Positions 18,715-27,662 of a stretch of DNA of 61,425 bases are shown here, piece by piece. Origin of the DNA: Clostridia bacterium (lineage in GTDB: Bacteria; Bacillota; Clostridia; Christensenellales; CAG-138). Numbering within the stretch: the first letter of the stretch is position 1; every line of letters begins with the position of its first letter. The stretch lies in NCBI GenBank assembly GCA_017393775.1, contig JAFOQN010000036.1:1-61425 (forward strand). Direction: 5' to 3'. The translations under genes were made by a program, and so were the position numbers. The notes beneath the pieces were generated by a model. That model had not been told where the DNA came from, made no database searches, and was given only the letters and a program-made list of their open reading frames with translations.

Positions 18715-19988
18715 TCTTCGGTTCTCCCTTTCATCTTGCGGAACGCATCGTGCACCTCGCCCGCCATATACAGCGAACCGACCGCAAGCGCAGGTCCTCC
18801 CCCGTTTGCAGCGGTTTGAACTGCATCCGCCACCGTGGGAAACGGCGTTGCTTCCGCGCCGAACGTGCGGATGAGCTCCGCAAGCTCCTCGCTCGGCATC
18901 GCACGGTCGTTGTTCGGCGTTGCCGTATAAAATGTCTCCGCGATCGGAAGCAAAAGTTCGATCGACTGCGAAACATCCTTGTCGCGCATCATCCCCATGA
19001 CGATCTTTGCCTTTTGATTCGGAAACAATCGCTGATAGGTATCGACCGTCCCTCTTACGCCGTGCGGATTGTGTCCGCCGTCGACAAAGAACGGCGGTTC
19101 TTCTCTCAAAAGCTCAAAGCGTGCCGGCCAAACCGTTTCCTTTAGACCTGTCCTCAGCGCTTCATCGGAGATCGCGACGCCCTGCGCACGAAGCAGCTCG
19201 ACTGCATCGATCACCGTTGCGGCGTTCTTCATTTGGTACTTGCCGAGAAGTCCCAAACGCAGCTCTTGATAGCCCCGGTAGTCAAACGTCTGCCCATGCA
19301 GATCATAGTCGCCTTCCTTCAAAGAGGAGCGGTCTACTACATGCAGCCTGGCACCGTGCTTTTTGCACGCCGCTTCGAGAACGGGCAGCGCATCCTGATG
19401 TTCGCCGTAAAAGAGAACCTGACCGTCATCCTTGATGATTCCCGCTTTCGCGCTTGCGATCTCCTCAATTGTGTTGCCGAGAATATGCATATGATCGTAA
19501 TCGATCGCCGTGATGATCGCAAGCAGCGGCGTGTCGATCACATTGGTGGAATCGAGTTCACCGCCCAAGCCGACCTCTAAAACAACATAATCGCACTGTT
19601 TTCGCACATAATACAGGAAAGCGGCCGCGGTGATCACTTCAAACTCCGTTGCAGGATTCTCCATGGAATCGACGATCGGCGCGATTTCCGTGATGATCTC
19701 CGCAAGATCGTCGTCCGAAATCGGTTCGTTGTTGAACTGAATGCGCTCATTGAACCGGTCGACAAACGGCGAAACAAACAAGCCCGTGCGATACCCTTCG
19801 GCACACAGGATCTTCGAAAGCATGGCACAGGTAGAGCCTTTGCCGTTCGTGCCTGCGACATGGATAAACTTCAATTGCTTCTGCGGATTGCCCAGAAGTT
19901 CACAAAGCTCAGTGACGCGCACGAGTCCGAGCTTGGATCCGCGCCAGTACATTCCGTGGATATATGCGACTGCTTCTTCGTATGTCAT
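18711..19988 (-). CDS. folC: bifunctional folylpolyglutamate synthase / dihydrofolate synthase
   Basis: VAGTNGKGST P-loop with Mur-ligase-like organisation. The start at 19988 (MTYEEAVAYIHG) overlaps the folT stop as ATGA. The longest ORF starts at 20147. Confidence 0.9.
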   Translation of the reverse strand: MTYEEAVAYIHGMYWRGSKLGLVRVTELCELLGNPQKQLKFIHVAGTNGKGSTCAMLSKILCAEGYRTGLFVSPFVDRFNERIQFNNEPISDDDLAEIITEIAPIVDSMENPATEFEVITAAAFLYYVRKQCDYVVLEVGLGGELDSTNVIDTPLLAIITAIDYDHMHILGNTIEEIASAKAGIIKDDGQVLFYGEHQDALPVLEAACKKHGARLHVVDRSSLKEGDYDLHGQTFDYRGYQELRLGLLGKYQMKNAATVIDAVELLRAQGVAISDEALRTGLKETVWPARFELLREEPPFFVDGGHNPHGVRGTVDTYQRLFPNQKAKIVMGMMRDKDVSQSIELLLPIAETFYTATPNNDRAMPSEELAELIRTFGAEATPFPTVADAVQTAANGGGPALAVGSLYMAGEVHDAFRKMKGRTEE

Positions 19989-20527
19989 GAATGATCTCCC
20001 CCTTGAACTGCTTTCAAAACGACCGGATACAGCGCTCTCACAACCGCGATCTGAATAACGGTCATGACCGCGACCAGCCAAAGACGCCGGATCAGCAGAT
20101 ATGCCCAAAAAGGCATGCCGCCCGTGTAGCCGAGCAGCTGGAACCAAAACGTGGTCAAAAACAGAGATACGGCGATATTAACCGGTACGATCGACAGAGT
20201 CGTCGCTAGCAGCAGCTTTTCTTTTTTGAATACATAGCGGAACAGAATACCCGGAAGCACACCCGAAAGCACAGCGGAAAGTGCAAACATCGGGTTCCAC
20301 GCATTACCGGAATTGCTGATGAACGTTCCGAGCAGATCCGAAACAAGCGCACAAAGTCCGCCCCATACGGGACCGAGCGTGAATGTGCAGAGAAATATCG
20401 GGATCTCACGGAAGGTGATCCGGCTGAAATCCGGCAGATAAAATGTGAAAGGATAAATGGACAGCAGCGCCGCCAGTGCCGCAAACATGCCGGCAAACGT
20501 CACTTTACGCGTTGTAATCCGACGCAT
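19985..20527 (-). CDS. folT: ECF-transporter S component, probably folate-family
   Basis: 180-aa protein with 5-6 TM segments, translationally coupled to folC. The family assignment rests on size, topology and context. Confidence 0.6.
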   Translation of the reverse strand: MRRITTRKVTFAGMFAALAALLSIYPFTFYLPDFSRITFREIPIFLCTFTLGPVWGGLCALVSDLLGTFISNSGNAWNPMFALSAVLSGVLPGILFRYVFKKEKLLLATTLSIVPVNIAVSLFLTTFWFQLLGYTGGMPFWAYLLIRRLWLVAVMTVIQIAVVRALYPVVLKAVQGGDHS

Positions 20528-20556
20528 TTTGTCACCTCCTGTTCCGAAATCAATTC

Positions 20557-20585
20557 ATTATACAACAGTTTGCCGGAAAACGCAA
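20557..20585 (-). promoter_or_regulatory. sigma-A promoter for folT-folC
   Basis: Minus strand reads TTGCGT (20585-20580), a 17-nt spacer, then TATAAT (20562-20557). Confidence 0.55.
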
Positions 20586-20611
20586 GAAAGCTCCCAAAAT
20601 TGAGAGCTTTC
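20586..20611 (-). terminator. intrinsic terminator after the surface-protein gene
   Basis: The minus strand has an 8-bp stem GAAAGCTC...GAGCTTTC followed by TTGCGTTTT. Confidence 0.55.
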
Positions 20612-20632
20612 CTGTATAATTCTACGGACGGG

Positions 20633-21694
20633 TTATTCTTCGATCTTGCGGCGCTTCAGAATCAGCACGATTGCAAGTGCGCCCAAGCCGAGTACGGCTA
20701 CGATGCCGATGATGACGCCGACTACGATCAGCGTGTTTGTCTCGCCCTTTTGATTGTTTGTATTCGGCTTTAAAGAATCATTCGGATCAATAGGCTTGAC
20801 GTTTTCGATAGTCTCTCCCGTCACCGGATCCGTACCGGGGTTCGCAGGATCGGACGGATCTCCGTTCGGTGCGGCCGAAGCTTCCGCCGAAATATCGCCC
20901 TGCTGTCCGTTCGGACCGGATGGCGCAGCCGTTGCCTCCGGCGGAACGGGCGTTGTGATCGGCATGGATGTAACGGCAGGCGCCGGCGTTACAATGCCGG
21001 ACGGTGCCGGATTTGCCGAGTAGGTCGGAAGCGTGGAAGTAACGGGTACGGTCTGTCCGTCATTGCTCGGCTTCGGCGTCGGCGTCACCGGCGCGGGCGT
21101 TTCGATAGACGGTTCGATCGGTTCATAGGTCTCCTCTGCCGCCCCGTCTGCCGGCACTTCCTGGCCTTCCGTATAGATACCGCCGACCGAGACGGGTTCG
21201 ATATAGAAGGACATCGCTTTGAAATCATCGTCAATTCCGGTATAATTGATCCCATTGAAGACAAAGTCCGTGGCGCCTTCCTTTTCGATGCGGAACTCCG
21301 CCTGGAACCAGAAGCCGTCCGTCTCGACGCCGTATGCATCGACAAACGTAAAGCGCAGAACGCCGTTATCTTCGATATTGTACTGGAACATCGACGCTTT
21401 TCCCTTCATCAGAGACGTGAGATTGTTTTCCTCATCGGTCTGATTGATAGCCCCGAGCGTTACGAACTCCGAATCGTATTTCATAAAGCCGGAGAGAGAA
21501 TCCAGCTTTCTGCCTTCCGGGAGATTCGGATAGAGGAAGAAATTCACCTTCACAACATCACCGACGGCGCCGGTCATTTTTTCCGGGGACGAGATCAAAA
21601 GCTCGCCGAGCTCGGCGCTGCCCGCGGCGTTTGCGGGCACAAACGGAATCACTAGCAGCATGATTCCAACGATAAAAGCCAATAAACGTTTCAT
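20633..21694 (-). CDS. secreted surface protein with a C-terminal membrane anchor (possible cohesin-like N-domain, Pro/Thr-rich stalk)
   Basis: Signal peptide MKRLLAFIVGIMLLVIPFVPANA and a ~150-aa beta-rich domain. A long P/T/A/S-rich segment is followed by a C-terminal TM segment plus KRRK stop-transfer. The cohesin-like call is only an impression from the sequence pattern. Confidence 0.6.
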   Translation of the reverse strand: MKRLLAFIVGIMLLVIPFVPANAAGSAELGELLISSPEKMTGAVGDVVKVNFFLYPNLPEGRKLDSLSGFMKYDSEFVTLGAINQTDEENNLTSLMKGKASMFQYNIEDNGVLRFTFVDAYGVETDGFWFQAEFRIEKEGATDFVFNGINYTGIDDDFKAMSFYIEPVSVGGIYTEGQEVPADGAAEETYEPIEPSIETPAPVTPTPKPSNDGQTVPVTSTLPTYSANPAPSGIVTPAPAVTSMPITTPVPPEATAAPSGPNGQQGDISAEASAAPNGDPSDPANPGTDPVTGETIENVKPIDPNDSLKPNTNNQKGETNTLIVVGVIIGIVAVLGLGALAIVLILKRRKIEE

Positions 21695-21836
21695 ATACGG
21701 TCCTCCGAATTTAGTCAGAATCTCATTCAGTTTTCGCCCGGATGTCCGGAGCTTTCTTCGGCGCGGACATATTCCCCGCCCAAAGACTGTATTTTATTGT
21801 ATTATAGTACAAAAAGCCATGCGCGTCAAATCCTTA

Positions 21837-21865
21837 TTGACAAAACAGACGTTTTTCCTTATTAT
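21837..21865 (+). promoter_or_regulatory. sigma-A promoter for cysS
   Basis: TTGACA (21837-21842), a 17-nt spacer, then TATTAT (21860-21865). Confidence 0.6.
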
Positions 21866-21934
21866 AGTTTAGAAAAGCACTGTTCCGCAAATACGTCATA
21901 CAGCGCATCTGCGCGGCAGTTCAAGGAGGATACT

Positions 21935-23320
21935 ATGCAGGTTTACAATACCATGACCCGGAAAAAGGAGCCTCTCGTTCCGATCAGGGAAGGCGAGATT
22001 TCCATGTATGTATGCGGACCGACCGTATATGACTATTTCCACATCGGAAATGCTCGTCCGTTCGTTGTGTTCGATACGCTGCGCCGGTATCTCGAATATC
22101 GCGGATACAAGGTTAAGTATGTGCAGAACTTCACCGATATCGACGATAAGATGATCAACCGTGCCAATCGGGAAGGCACGACGGTCAAGGAGCTCGGCGA
22201 CCGTTTCATCAAGGAATACTATCAGGATGCGGACGCTTTGGGCATAGAGCGCGCAACGGTCAATCCGCGTGCGACCGAGCATATCGGCGATATCATCAAG
22301 CTCGTCAAAAAGCTGATCGAAAAAGGGCACGCATACGCCACCGATAACGGCGACGTATACTTTGCGGTACGCAGTTATCCCGGATACGGCAAACTCAAGG
22401 GGCAGGACATCGACGACATGGAAAACGGCGCGCGCATCTCCCCAACCGAACAGAAGCGCGATCCTTTGGACTTTGCGCTTTGGAAGGGCGAAAAGCCCGG
22501 CGAACCGAGCTGGCCTTCCCCGTGGGGCAAAGGTCGTCCCGGCTGGCATGTCGAATGCTCCGCGATGAGCATGAAGTATCTCGGCGAGACCTTCGATATT
22601 CACGGCGGCGGCATGGACCTGATCTTCCCGCACCATGAAAACGAGATTGCGCAAAGTGAAGGCGCTACCGGAAAGCCGTTTGTTCATTACTGGATGCACA
22701 ACGGATACATCAACATCAACAATCAAAAGATGAGCAAGTCCCTGGGCAATTTCTTCACCGTGCGCGACATTGCAAAGGAGTATGATCTGGAAGCGGTTCG
22801 TATGTTTTTGCTTACCGCAAACTATCGCAACCCGGTCAATTTCTCACGCGAGCTGATGGACCAGACCGTGACCAGTCTGAACCGTCTCTATACCGCACGC
22901 GACCGGCTTTTTGATACCGCAGTCAACGAAAACGCCGACGATACGGAAGTCGTATCAAAGCTTGACGAGTTTCGCAATCGTTTCAACGAAGCGATGGACG
23001 ATGATCTCAACACCGCGGACGCGCTCGGCGTACTGTTCGACTTTGCCCGCTGGATCAACATCTTCGCAACCGACGCGCACACCAAAGCGGCGATCGACGC
23101 TGTCAAGGAACGCTATGCAGAGCTGAACGGTGTTCTGGGGCTTGTTGTAAAAGAAAAGAAAGAAGACTTCCCGGAAGAAGCTTTGTCGCTGTTGGAAGCG
23201 CGCACGGAAGCTAAGAAAGCAAAGAACTGGGCAGAAGCGGATAAGATCCGAGAGCAACTTAAGAACATGGGCTATGCCGTGGAAGATACCAAGGACGGCG
23301 CAAAGCTCAAAAAGCTATAA
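21935..23320 (+). CDS. cysS: cysteine--tRNA ligase
   Basis: HIGH motif (FHIGNARP) and KMSKS (QKMSKSLGN). The start at 21935 (MQVYNTMTRKKE) has an AAGGAGG RBS. The longest ORF starts at 21797. Confidence 0.95.
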   Translation: MQVYNTMTRKKEPLVPIREGEISMYVCGPTVYDYFHIGNARPFVVFDTLRRYLEYRGYKVKYVQNFTDIDDKMINRANREGTTVKELGDRFIKEYYQDADALGIERATVNPRATEHIGDIIKLVKKLIEKGHAYATDNGDVYFAVRSYPGYGKLKGQDIDDMENGARISPTEQKRDPLDFALWKGEKPGEPSWPSPWGKGRPGWHVECSAMSMKYLGETFDIHGGGMDLIFPHHENEIAQSEGATGKPFVHYWMHNGYININNQKMSKSLGNFFTVRDIAKEYDLEAVRMFLLTANYRNPVNFSRELMDQTVTSLNRLYTARDRLFDTAVNENADDTEVVSKLDEFRNRFNEAMDDDLNTADALGVLFDFARWINIFATDAHTKAAIDAVKERYAELNGVLGLVVKEKKEDFPEEALSLLEARTEAKKAKNWAEADKIREQLKNMGYAVEDTKDGAKLKKL

Positions 23321-23351
23321 TCAATCAAAAGACAGTAAAGGAGAACACAAT

Positions 23352-24251
23352 ATGGGTTTAGGCGTACTTTTTCCGATTCTTCTGGCCGTGATGGGCATTT
23401 ATGTTCTGATCGGAGCGATCAAAGGCAGCGGCAGACTGTTTTCCATGGAAAACTTCAAGGATGATTCCAAGGATAAGGCAAAGAAATATATGCGTATCCT
23501 GTATTTCACGCTCGCGGCGATCATGCTTTTGATGGCGGTCGTAAACGGGTTACAGGCGGTTCTGTACTCCAGCAAGCTGACATACTACAGAGTCACCGAC
23601 GCATACAAGGACAACTTCGGCGATCTGCTTGAAAACGGCACTTTGACCTACACCGCGACTGAAACCACCGGCGGCGGCATGTCCTGCATGGGCGGCGGCG
23701 GAACTACCGTTGAAAAAACATACGGTCCGTACTCTGTCGATGATCAGAAAATGGAAATGGAAGAGATCTCCGCCTTCATCAACAAGGCATACTCCGTTTA
23801 TAAGGATGATCAGACAAAGTTCCCGGTCACGAGCGGCGGTCTCTTAAGCTGCACCGGCGGATCGGTCGACTATGCAAAATACTATGAAATGACCGACCTG
23901 ATCGATGATGCGGGAAATCCGGTTTATGCAAACAGCGATGCCGAAAGAGCAAAAGGTCATGTTGTTTATATCTCCTCATTTGGCAATACGCGTTCCGATG
24001 CAAACGACGGTTCCTTCGTCTCCAATCTGTACGGCGCCTTCAGCCCCACGCTTTTGAGCATTCTGAACTATGTGCTTTTGGGGCTGGTTGTCCTCGGTCT
24101 TGCTGCGCTGTTCCTGATTACGCGCAAGTTCACGGACAAGGAAAAGCTGCAGAAGGCAAGAGAGCAGCAGGTATCCGGTCCTTCGATGCCCTCCTCCGCG
24201 TTCAATTTCGACGATGAGCCGGAAACACAGAATCCAAAAAAAGATGCGTAA
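23352..24251 (+). CDS. hypothetical membrane protein (3 predicted TM segments)
   Basis: The start at 23352 has an AAAGGAGAA RBS. There are two N-terminal TM segments and one C-terminal, with a Gly/Thr-rich central domain. I recognise no family. Confidence 0.7.
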   Translation: MGLGVLFPILLAVMGIYVLIGAIKGSGRLFSMENFKDDSKDKAKKYMRILYFTLAAIMLLMAVVNGLQAVLYSSKLTYYRVTDAYKDNFGDLLENGTLTYTATETTGGGMSCMGGGGTTVEKTYGPYSVDDQKMEMEEISAFINKAYSVYKDDQTKFPVTSGGLLSCTGGSVDYAKYYEMTDLIDDAGNPVYANSDAERAKGHVVYISSFGNTRSDANDGSFVSNLYGAFSPTLLSILNYVLLGLVVLGLAALFLITRKFTDKEKLQKAREQQVSGPSMPSSAFNFDDEPETQNPKKDA

Positions 24252-24263
24252 TACATCATACGG

Positions 24264-24300
24264 AAAAGGCCGTGCCTTGATCGGGCACGGTCTTATTCGT
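24264..24300. terminator. bidirectional intrinsic terminator
   Basis: Stem CCGTGCC/GGCACGG (24270-24276, 24284-24290) with an A-run upstream and a T-rich run downstream, between convergent genes. Confidence 0.6.
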
Positions 24301-24313
24301 TTTATGAAAGATA

Positions 24314-25138
24314 TCAGAAGAGTTCCGAAAGAATCAGATCGACAAGCGCTGTAAACTTCACGGTTGCCTTTGCCGCCGTCTCCGTTACCTCTGCGTGGGA
24401 AAGCGGCTGATCCAGAACGCCCGCCGCCATATTGGTGATCAGACTGATGCCGACGACCTTCATGCCGCAATGCGCAGCACACATGGTTTCCGGGATTGTG
24501 GACATGCCGACCGCGTCCGCGCCGATGATGCGCGCCATGCGAATCTCCGCCGGGGTCTCGTAGCAGGGACCGGACATCATCAGATACACGCCCTCCTGCA
24601 TCGGGATCCCGTGACGCACGGAAAGGTCAATCATCTTTGCACGAAGGTCCTTATCGTATACGTTGCTTTGATCCGGGAAACGCGGTCCGAATTCTTCGAG
24701 GTTTTTGCCGATCAACGGGTTGCTGCCGGACAGGTTGATGTGATCGGAGATCAGCATCAAATCGCCGGCATGGAAGTTCATATTGACGCCGCCCGCCGCA
24801 TTGGTAACCAGCAGCTTTTCAACGCCGAGTTTTTTCATCGTACGGACGCCGAGCGAAAGCATCGCCTGCGGATAGCCCTCGTAATAGTGAAACCGTCCCT
24901 GCATGGCAATGATCGTTTTTCCGTACTTTTCGCCGATCACAAAGCGGTTCTTGTGCCCGATCACGCCCGAAACCGGATATCCTTCGATATCGGCATAGTT
25001 CACGAAGCGTTTGTTTTCCAGCGTTTCTGCATAATCGCCGAGCCCGCTGCCGAGAATCAAACCGATCGTTGCCTTATCCGCATCTTTCTCCTTCAGCAGC
25101 GCGACCGCATTGTTGATGATCGTCATGATGTTTTCCAT
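24314..25138 (-). CDS. punA: purine nucleoside phosphorylase (PunA type)
   Basis: 274 aa with GRFHYYEG and the typical PNP-I trimeric family layout. It is adjacent to deoB. Confidence 0.9.
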   Translation of the reverse strand: MENIMTIINNAVALLKEKDADKATIGLILGSGLGDYAETLENKRFVNYADIEGYPVSGVIGHKNRFVIGEKYGKTIIAMQGRFHYYEGYPQAMLSLGVRTMKKLGVEKLLVTNAAGGVNMNFHAGDLMLISDHINLSGSNPLIGKNLEEFGPRFPDQSNVYDKDLRAKMIDLSVRHGIPMQEGVYLMMSGPCYETPAEIRMARIIGADAVGMSTIPETMCAAHCGMKVVGISLITNMAAGVLDQPLSHAEVTETAAKATVKFTALVDLILSELF

Positions 25139-25141
25139 TTA

Positions 25142-26317
25142 TTAATCCTCCCAAATATCCTTTAAGAATGATTCGCCTTCCCGCCAGCTTTCGCCGGTCA
25201 GATACTCATAGATCGTTGCGCCGATGTCGGAAAACTGCTTTCTGATTCCGAGGTTCACGCCGTGCTTCACATGCTTGCCGCAGATCAAGAGCGGGATATA
25301 CTCACGCGTGTGGTCCGTTCCGGGATACGTCGGATCGCATCCGTGATCCGCGGTAACCATCAGGATATCGCCCTCCTGCATGGCAAGGTACATCTCCGGC
25401 AGATGTGCGTCGAAATACTCAAGCGCTTTTGCGTAGCCTTCCCAATCGTTGCGATGTCCGTAAAGCATATCGGTATCGACGAGATTCGTGAAGATGAAAT
25501 CTCCCGTCCCGTTGTCCAGGAAACGCTGCGTCGCGCGAATGCCGTCCGGATTGTTTTTGGTGTGATCTACAGTCGTGATGCCGCGGTGGCAGAAGATATC
25601 CTCGATCTTGCCGATGCCGACCACGTCCTTGCCTTTTTCCGCAAGACCGTCCAGAATCGTATCCTTGAACGGCGCGACGGCATAGTCCTTGCGGTTCTCC
25701 GTGCGTTTATAGTCGCCGTTGCCGCCGAGAAACGGTCGCGCGATCACGCGGCCGACGAGGTATTCACCGGTCAGCATTTCGCGTGCGATCTCACAGATGC
25801 GGTACAGTTCCGGAAGCGGAATGACTTCCTCATGCGCCGCGATCTGAAACACGCTGTCCGCACTGGTATAGATGATCGGCTTGCCGGTACGGACATGCTC
25901 GTCGCCGAGTTCCTGGATGATCTGCGTGCCGCTGGCAACGACATTGCCGAGCGTGCCGCGTCCGATCCGTTTTTCAAACGCGTCCATAAACGCTTTCGGG
26001 AACCCGTTCGGATAGGTTTTGAATGCCTCGTCGAGCGCAAGTCCCGCCATTTCCCAATGTCCGCAGGTAGTATCCTTCGCATGCGTCTGCTCTGCGCATT
26101 TAGCGTAGCTTCCGATCAGCTCGTGATCTTCCTTCGGCAGTCTGCACCCTTCGATGTGCGCAAGGCCGAGCCTGCGCATATTCGGAACGTTCAGATACCC
26201 GCGCTTTTCGTAAATGTTGCAGATGGTATTTGCTCCAGCGTCGCCGAAATCAGCAGCGTCCGGCAGCGCGCCGATGCCGGCACTGTCCAAAACGATCAGA
26301 ATTGCTCTCTTTTTCAT
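25142..26317 (-). CDS. deoB: phosphopentomutase
   Basis: ILIVLDSAGIG and VTADHGCDPT motifs. The start at 26317 is MKKRAILIV. The longest ORF starts at 26356. Confidence 0.9.
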   Translation of the reverse strand: MKKRAILIVLDSAGIGALPDAADFGDAGANTICNIYEKRGYLNVPNMRRLGLAHIEGCRLPKEDHELIGSYAKCAEQTHAKDTTCGHWEMAGLALDEAFKTYPNGFPKAFMDAFEKRIGRGTLGNVVASGTQIIQELGDEHVRTGKPIIYTSADSVFQIAAHEEVIPLPELYRICEIAREMLTGEYLVGRVIARPFLGGNGDYKRTENRKDYAVAPFKDTILDGLAEKGKDVVGIGKIEDIFCHRGITTVDHTKNNPDGIRATQRFLDNGTGDFIFTNLVDTDMLYGHRNDWEGYAKALEYFDAHLPEMYLAMQEGDILMVTADHGCDPTYPGTDHTREYIPLLICGKHVKHGVNLGIRKQFSDIGATIYEYLTGESWREGESFLKDIWED

Positions 26318-26375
26318 TTCGATACCTCTATGTTCAATTTTATATAATTTTAACATATTCGGTACCTTTCGTCAA

Positions 26376-26858
26376 TCAGTTTAGCCACGGATAGATCATT
26401 CTTGCTTCCGCCATGACGCGCTCATAGTGTTCCTCCCATGCCGGATCGCCGATGATCAGCCGGACGCGCTCCGCAATAAGGTATACATATTCGATATTGC
26501 CGGGCGCTTCCTTCAGGTTCTTTCCGCGTAATCCGAGATAGGAATACAGGATCTCCGGGTCGGCACGTTTCCAAGCCCGTTCGATCGCATAATGCATGGT
26601 GCGCATGATCATCGGCTTGGTGGTATTCATGCATGCTTCGAGATACGGATACAGTTCTTTTTTCGTTGTGCTTCGCAAAAGCGGCGGCCGGGTGCGGATA
26701 AACCGTACTGCAAGAAAAATATAGCGATACCCGAGTAGCTTTGCCGGAACGCCCAACGCGCGCATGACCGCATTGATCGTTGCATCCAACAATGCATCCT
26801 GATCGCTGTACCTTGCCCGCAGTGCATCCTCCATTTCATGCATTTCCTCCAGTGTCAT
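26376..26858 (-). CDS. stand-alone Spo0A effector (C-terminal DNA-binding) domain protein, no receiver domain
   Basis: 160 aa. GVPAKLLGYRYIFLAVRFI and KELYPYLEACMNTTKPMIMRTMHYAIERAW parallel the Spo0A C-domain signature (GVPAHIKGYLYLREAI..., ...SRVERAIRHAIEVAW). Its ATG overlaps the upstream stop as ATGA. Confidence 0.7.
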   Translation of the reverse strand: MTLEEMHEMEDALRARYSDQDALLDATINAVMRALGVPAKLLGYRYIFLAVRFIRTRPPLLRSTTKKELYPYLEACMNTTKPMIMRTMHYAIERAWKRADPEILYSYLGLRGKNLKEAPGNIEYVYLIAERVRLIIGDPAWEEHYERVMAEARMIYPWLN

Positions 26859-27562
26859 ATGACGTTCCCCCCTGTCATTCTGATATGATCTGCAGCCCGA
26901 AACAGAAACGCTGCGTTTGAAGGCGCGCCGCGATCCGACCGAACCGTATATCCGAACAGTTTATCCAGCATTGCCGTATCCGCGCGCATCCATGCCGCGT
27001 CGATCGCATGGCGTACGGCATGCTCCAATTCATAAGTGCTGACACCGGTCAACATGGATAAAAGCGCGTAGATATCCCGGATCGAATGTACTGCAAGCAT
27101 GTTATCCAGCGAAAGAAGGATGCGCAGCGAGATTTGAAGATAAGTAAACCCGTACAAGGAAACCGGAACACCCGTCTGCTGCAAAAAACGCGAGATCGTC
27201 GTCTCCGTATCCCGGCACAGAGTTCTGCCTTTTGGGAAACGTGCAATTCGCAGCAGCACATCCTTCGGATCGCTGTCCTTTGAAAAGCAGAACGTAAGCG
27301 CCTGCGGCATTCGCAATCCTTCGGTGGGTCTGTCAATCAAAAGAAAAGTGTGCACCGGCCAATGGACCGGACACTTCCGTATTTGTGTATGCAGAACACA
27401 GGGATCATCGGAAAGCAATGCGTCAAACGGATCGCGAAACAGACGTTCCAGGACCTGCGCCATGTTCTTCATCACGCACAATCGCAAGATCCCCGTCTGT
27501 TCTGCCGCGTCCGAATAAGACTGCGCTGTTTGCCGATCCCCGGTTAATAGTATGACCCGCAT
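26855..27562 (-). CDS. spo0A: Spo0A-like regulator: degenerate receiver domain plus a full Spo0A effector domain
   Basis: It occupies the conserved position downstream of spoIVB. The C-terminal half reads GVPVSLYGFTYLQISL...YELEHAVRHAIDAAW...LFGYTVRSDRGAPSNAAF. The N-terminal half reads MRVILLTGDRQ (one acidic residue instead of the DD pair), DALLSDD, FLLID and CFSKD. Confidence 0.65.
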   Translation of the reverse strand: MRVILLTGDRQTAQSYSDAAEQTGILRLCVMKNMAQVLERLFRDPFDALLSDDPCVLHTQIRKCPVHWPVHTFLLIDRPTEGLRMPQALTFCFSKDSDPKDVLLRIARFPKGRTLCRDTETTISRFLQQTGVPVSLYGFTYLQISLRILLSLDNMLAVHSIRDIYALLSMLTGVSTYELEHAVRHAIDAAWMRADTAMLDKLFGYTVRSDRGAPSNAAFLFRAADHIRMTGGNVI

Positions 27563-27662
27563 ACGCTCCCCCCTGATTCGATTTTATTCTGCACGATGCG
27601 GGTGTAAAAATCTACCTGTGAACTGTGACGTATGTCGGTAATTCGATGAAAATCGAAGGTAT

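Noticed and set aside
20528-20632. THF riboswitch upstream of folT-folC.
   Set aside because: The 105-nt gap is fully accounted for by the upstream terminator, a TTGCGT-17-TATAAT promoter and the RBS. No aptamer-sized structured segment remains.
21695-21934. T-box leader upstream of cysS.
   Set aside because: There is no GGTGGTACCGCG-like T-box sequence and no terminator/antiterminator pair. The promoter lies only about 65 nt from the start codon.
27563-27662. Sigma-H-type promoter (AGGTAGATT ... GCAGAAT) upstream of the spo0A-like gene.
   Set aside because: The spacing between the -35-like and -10-like elements is about 16 nt, against the 11-12 nt required by the B. subtilis sigma-H consensus.
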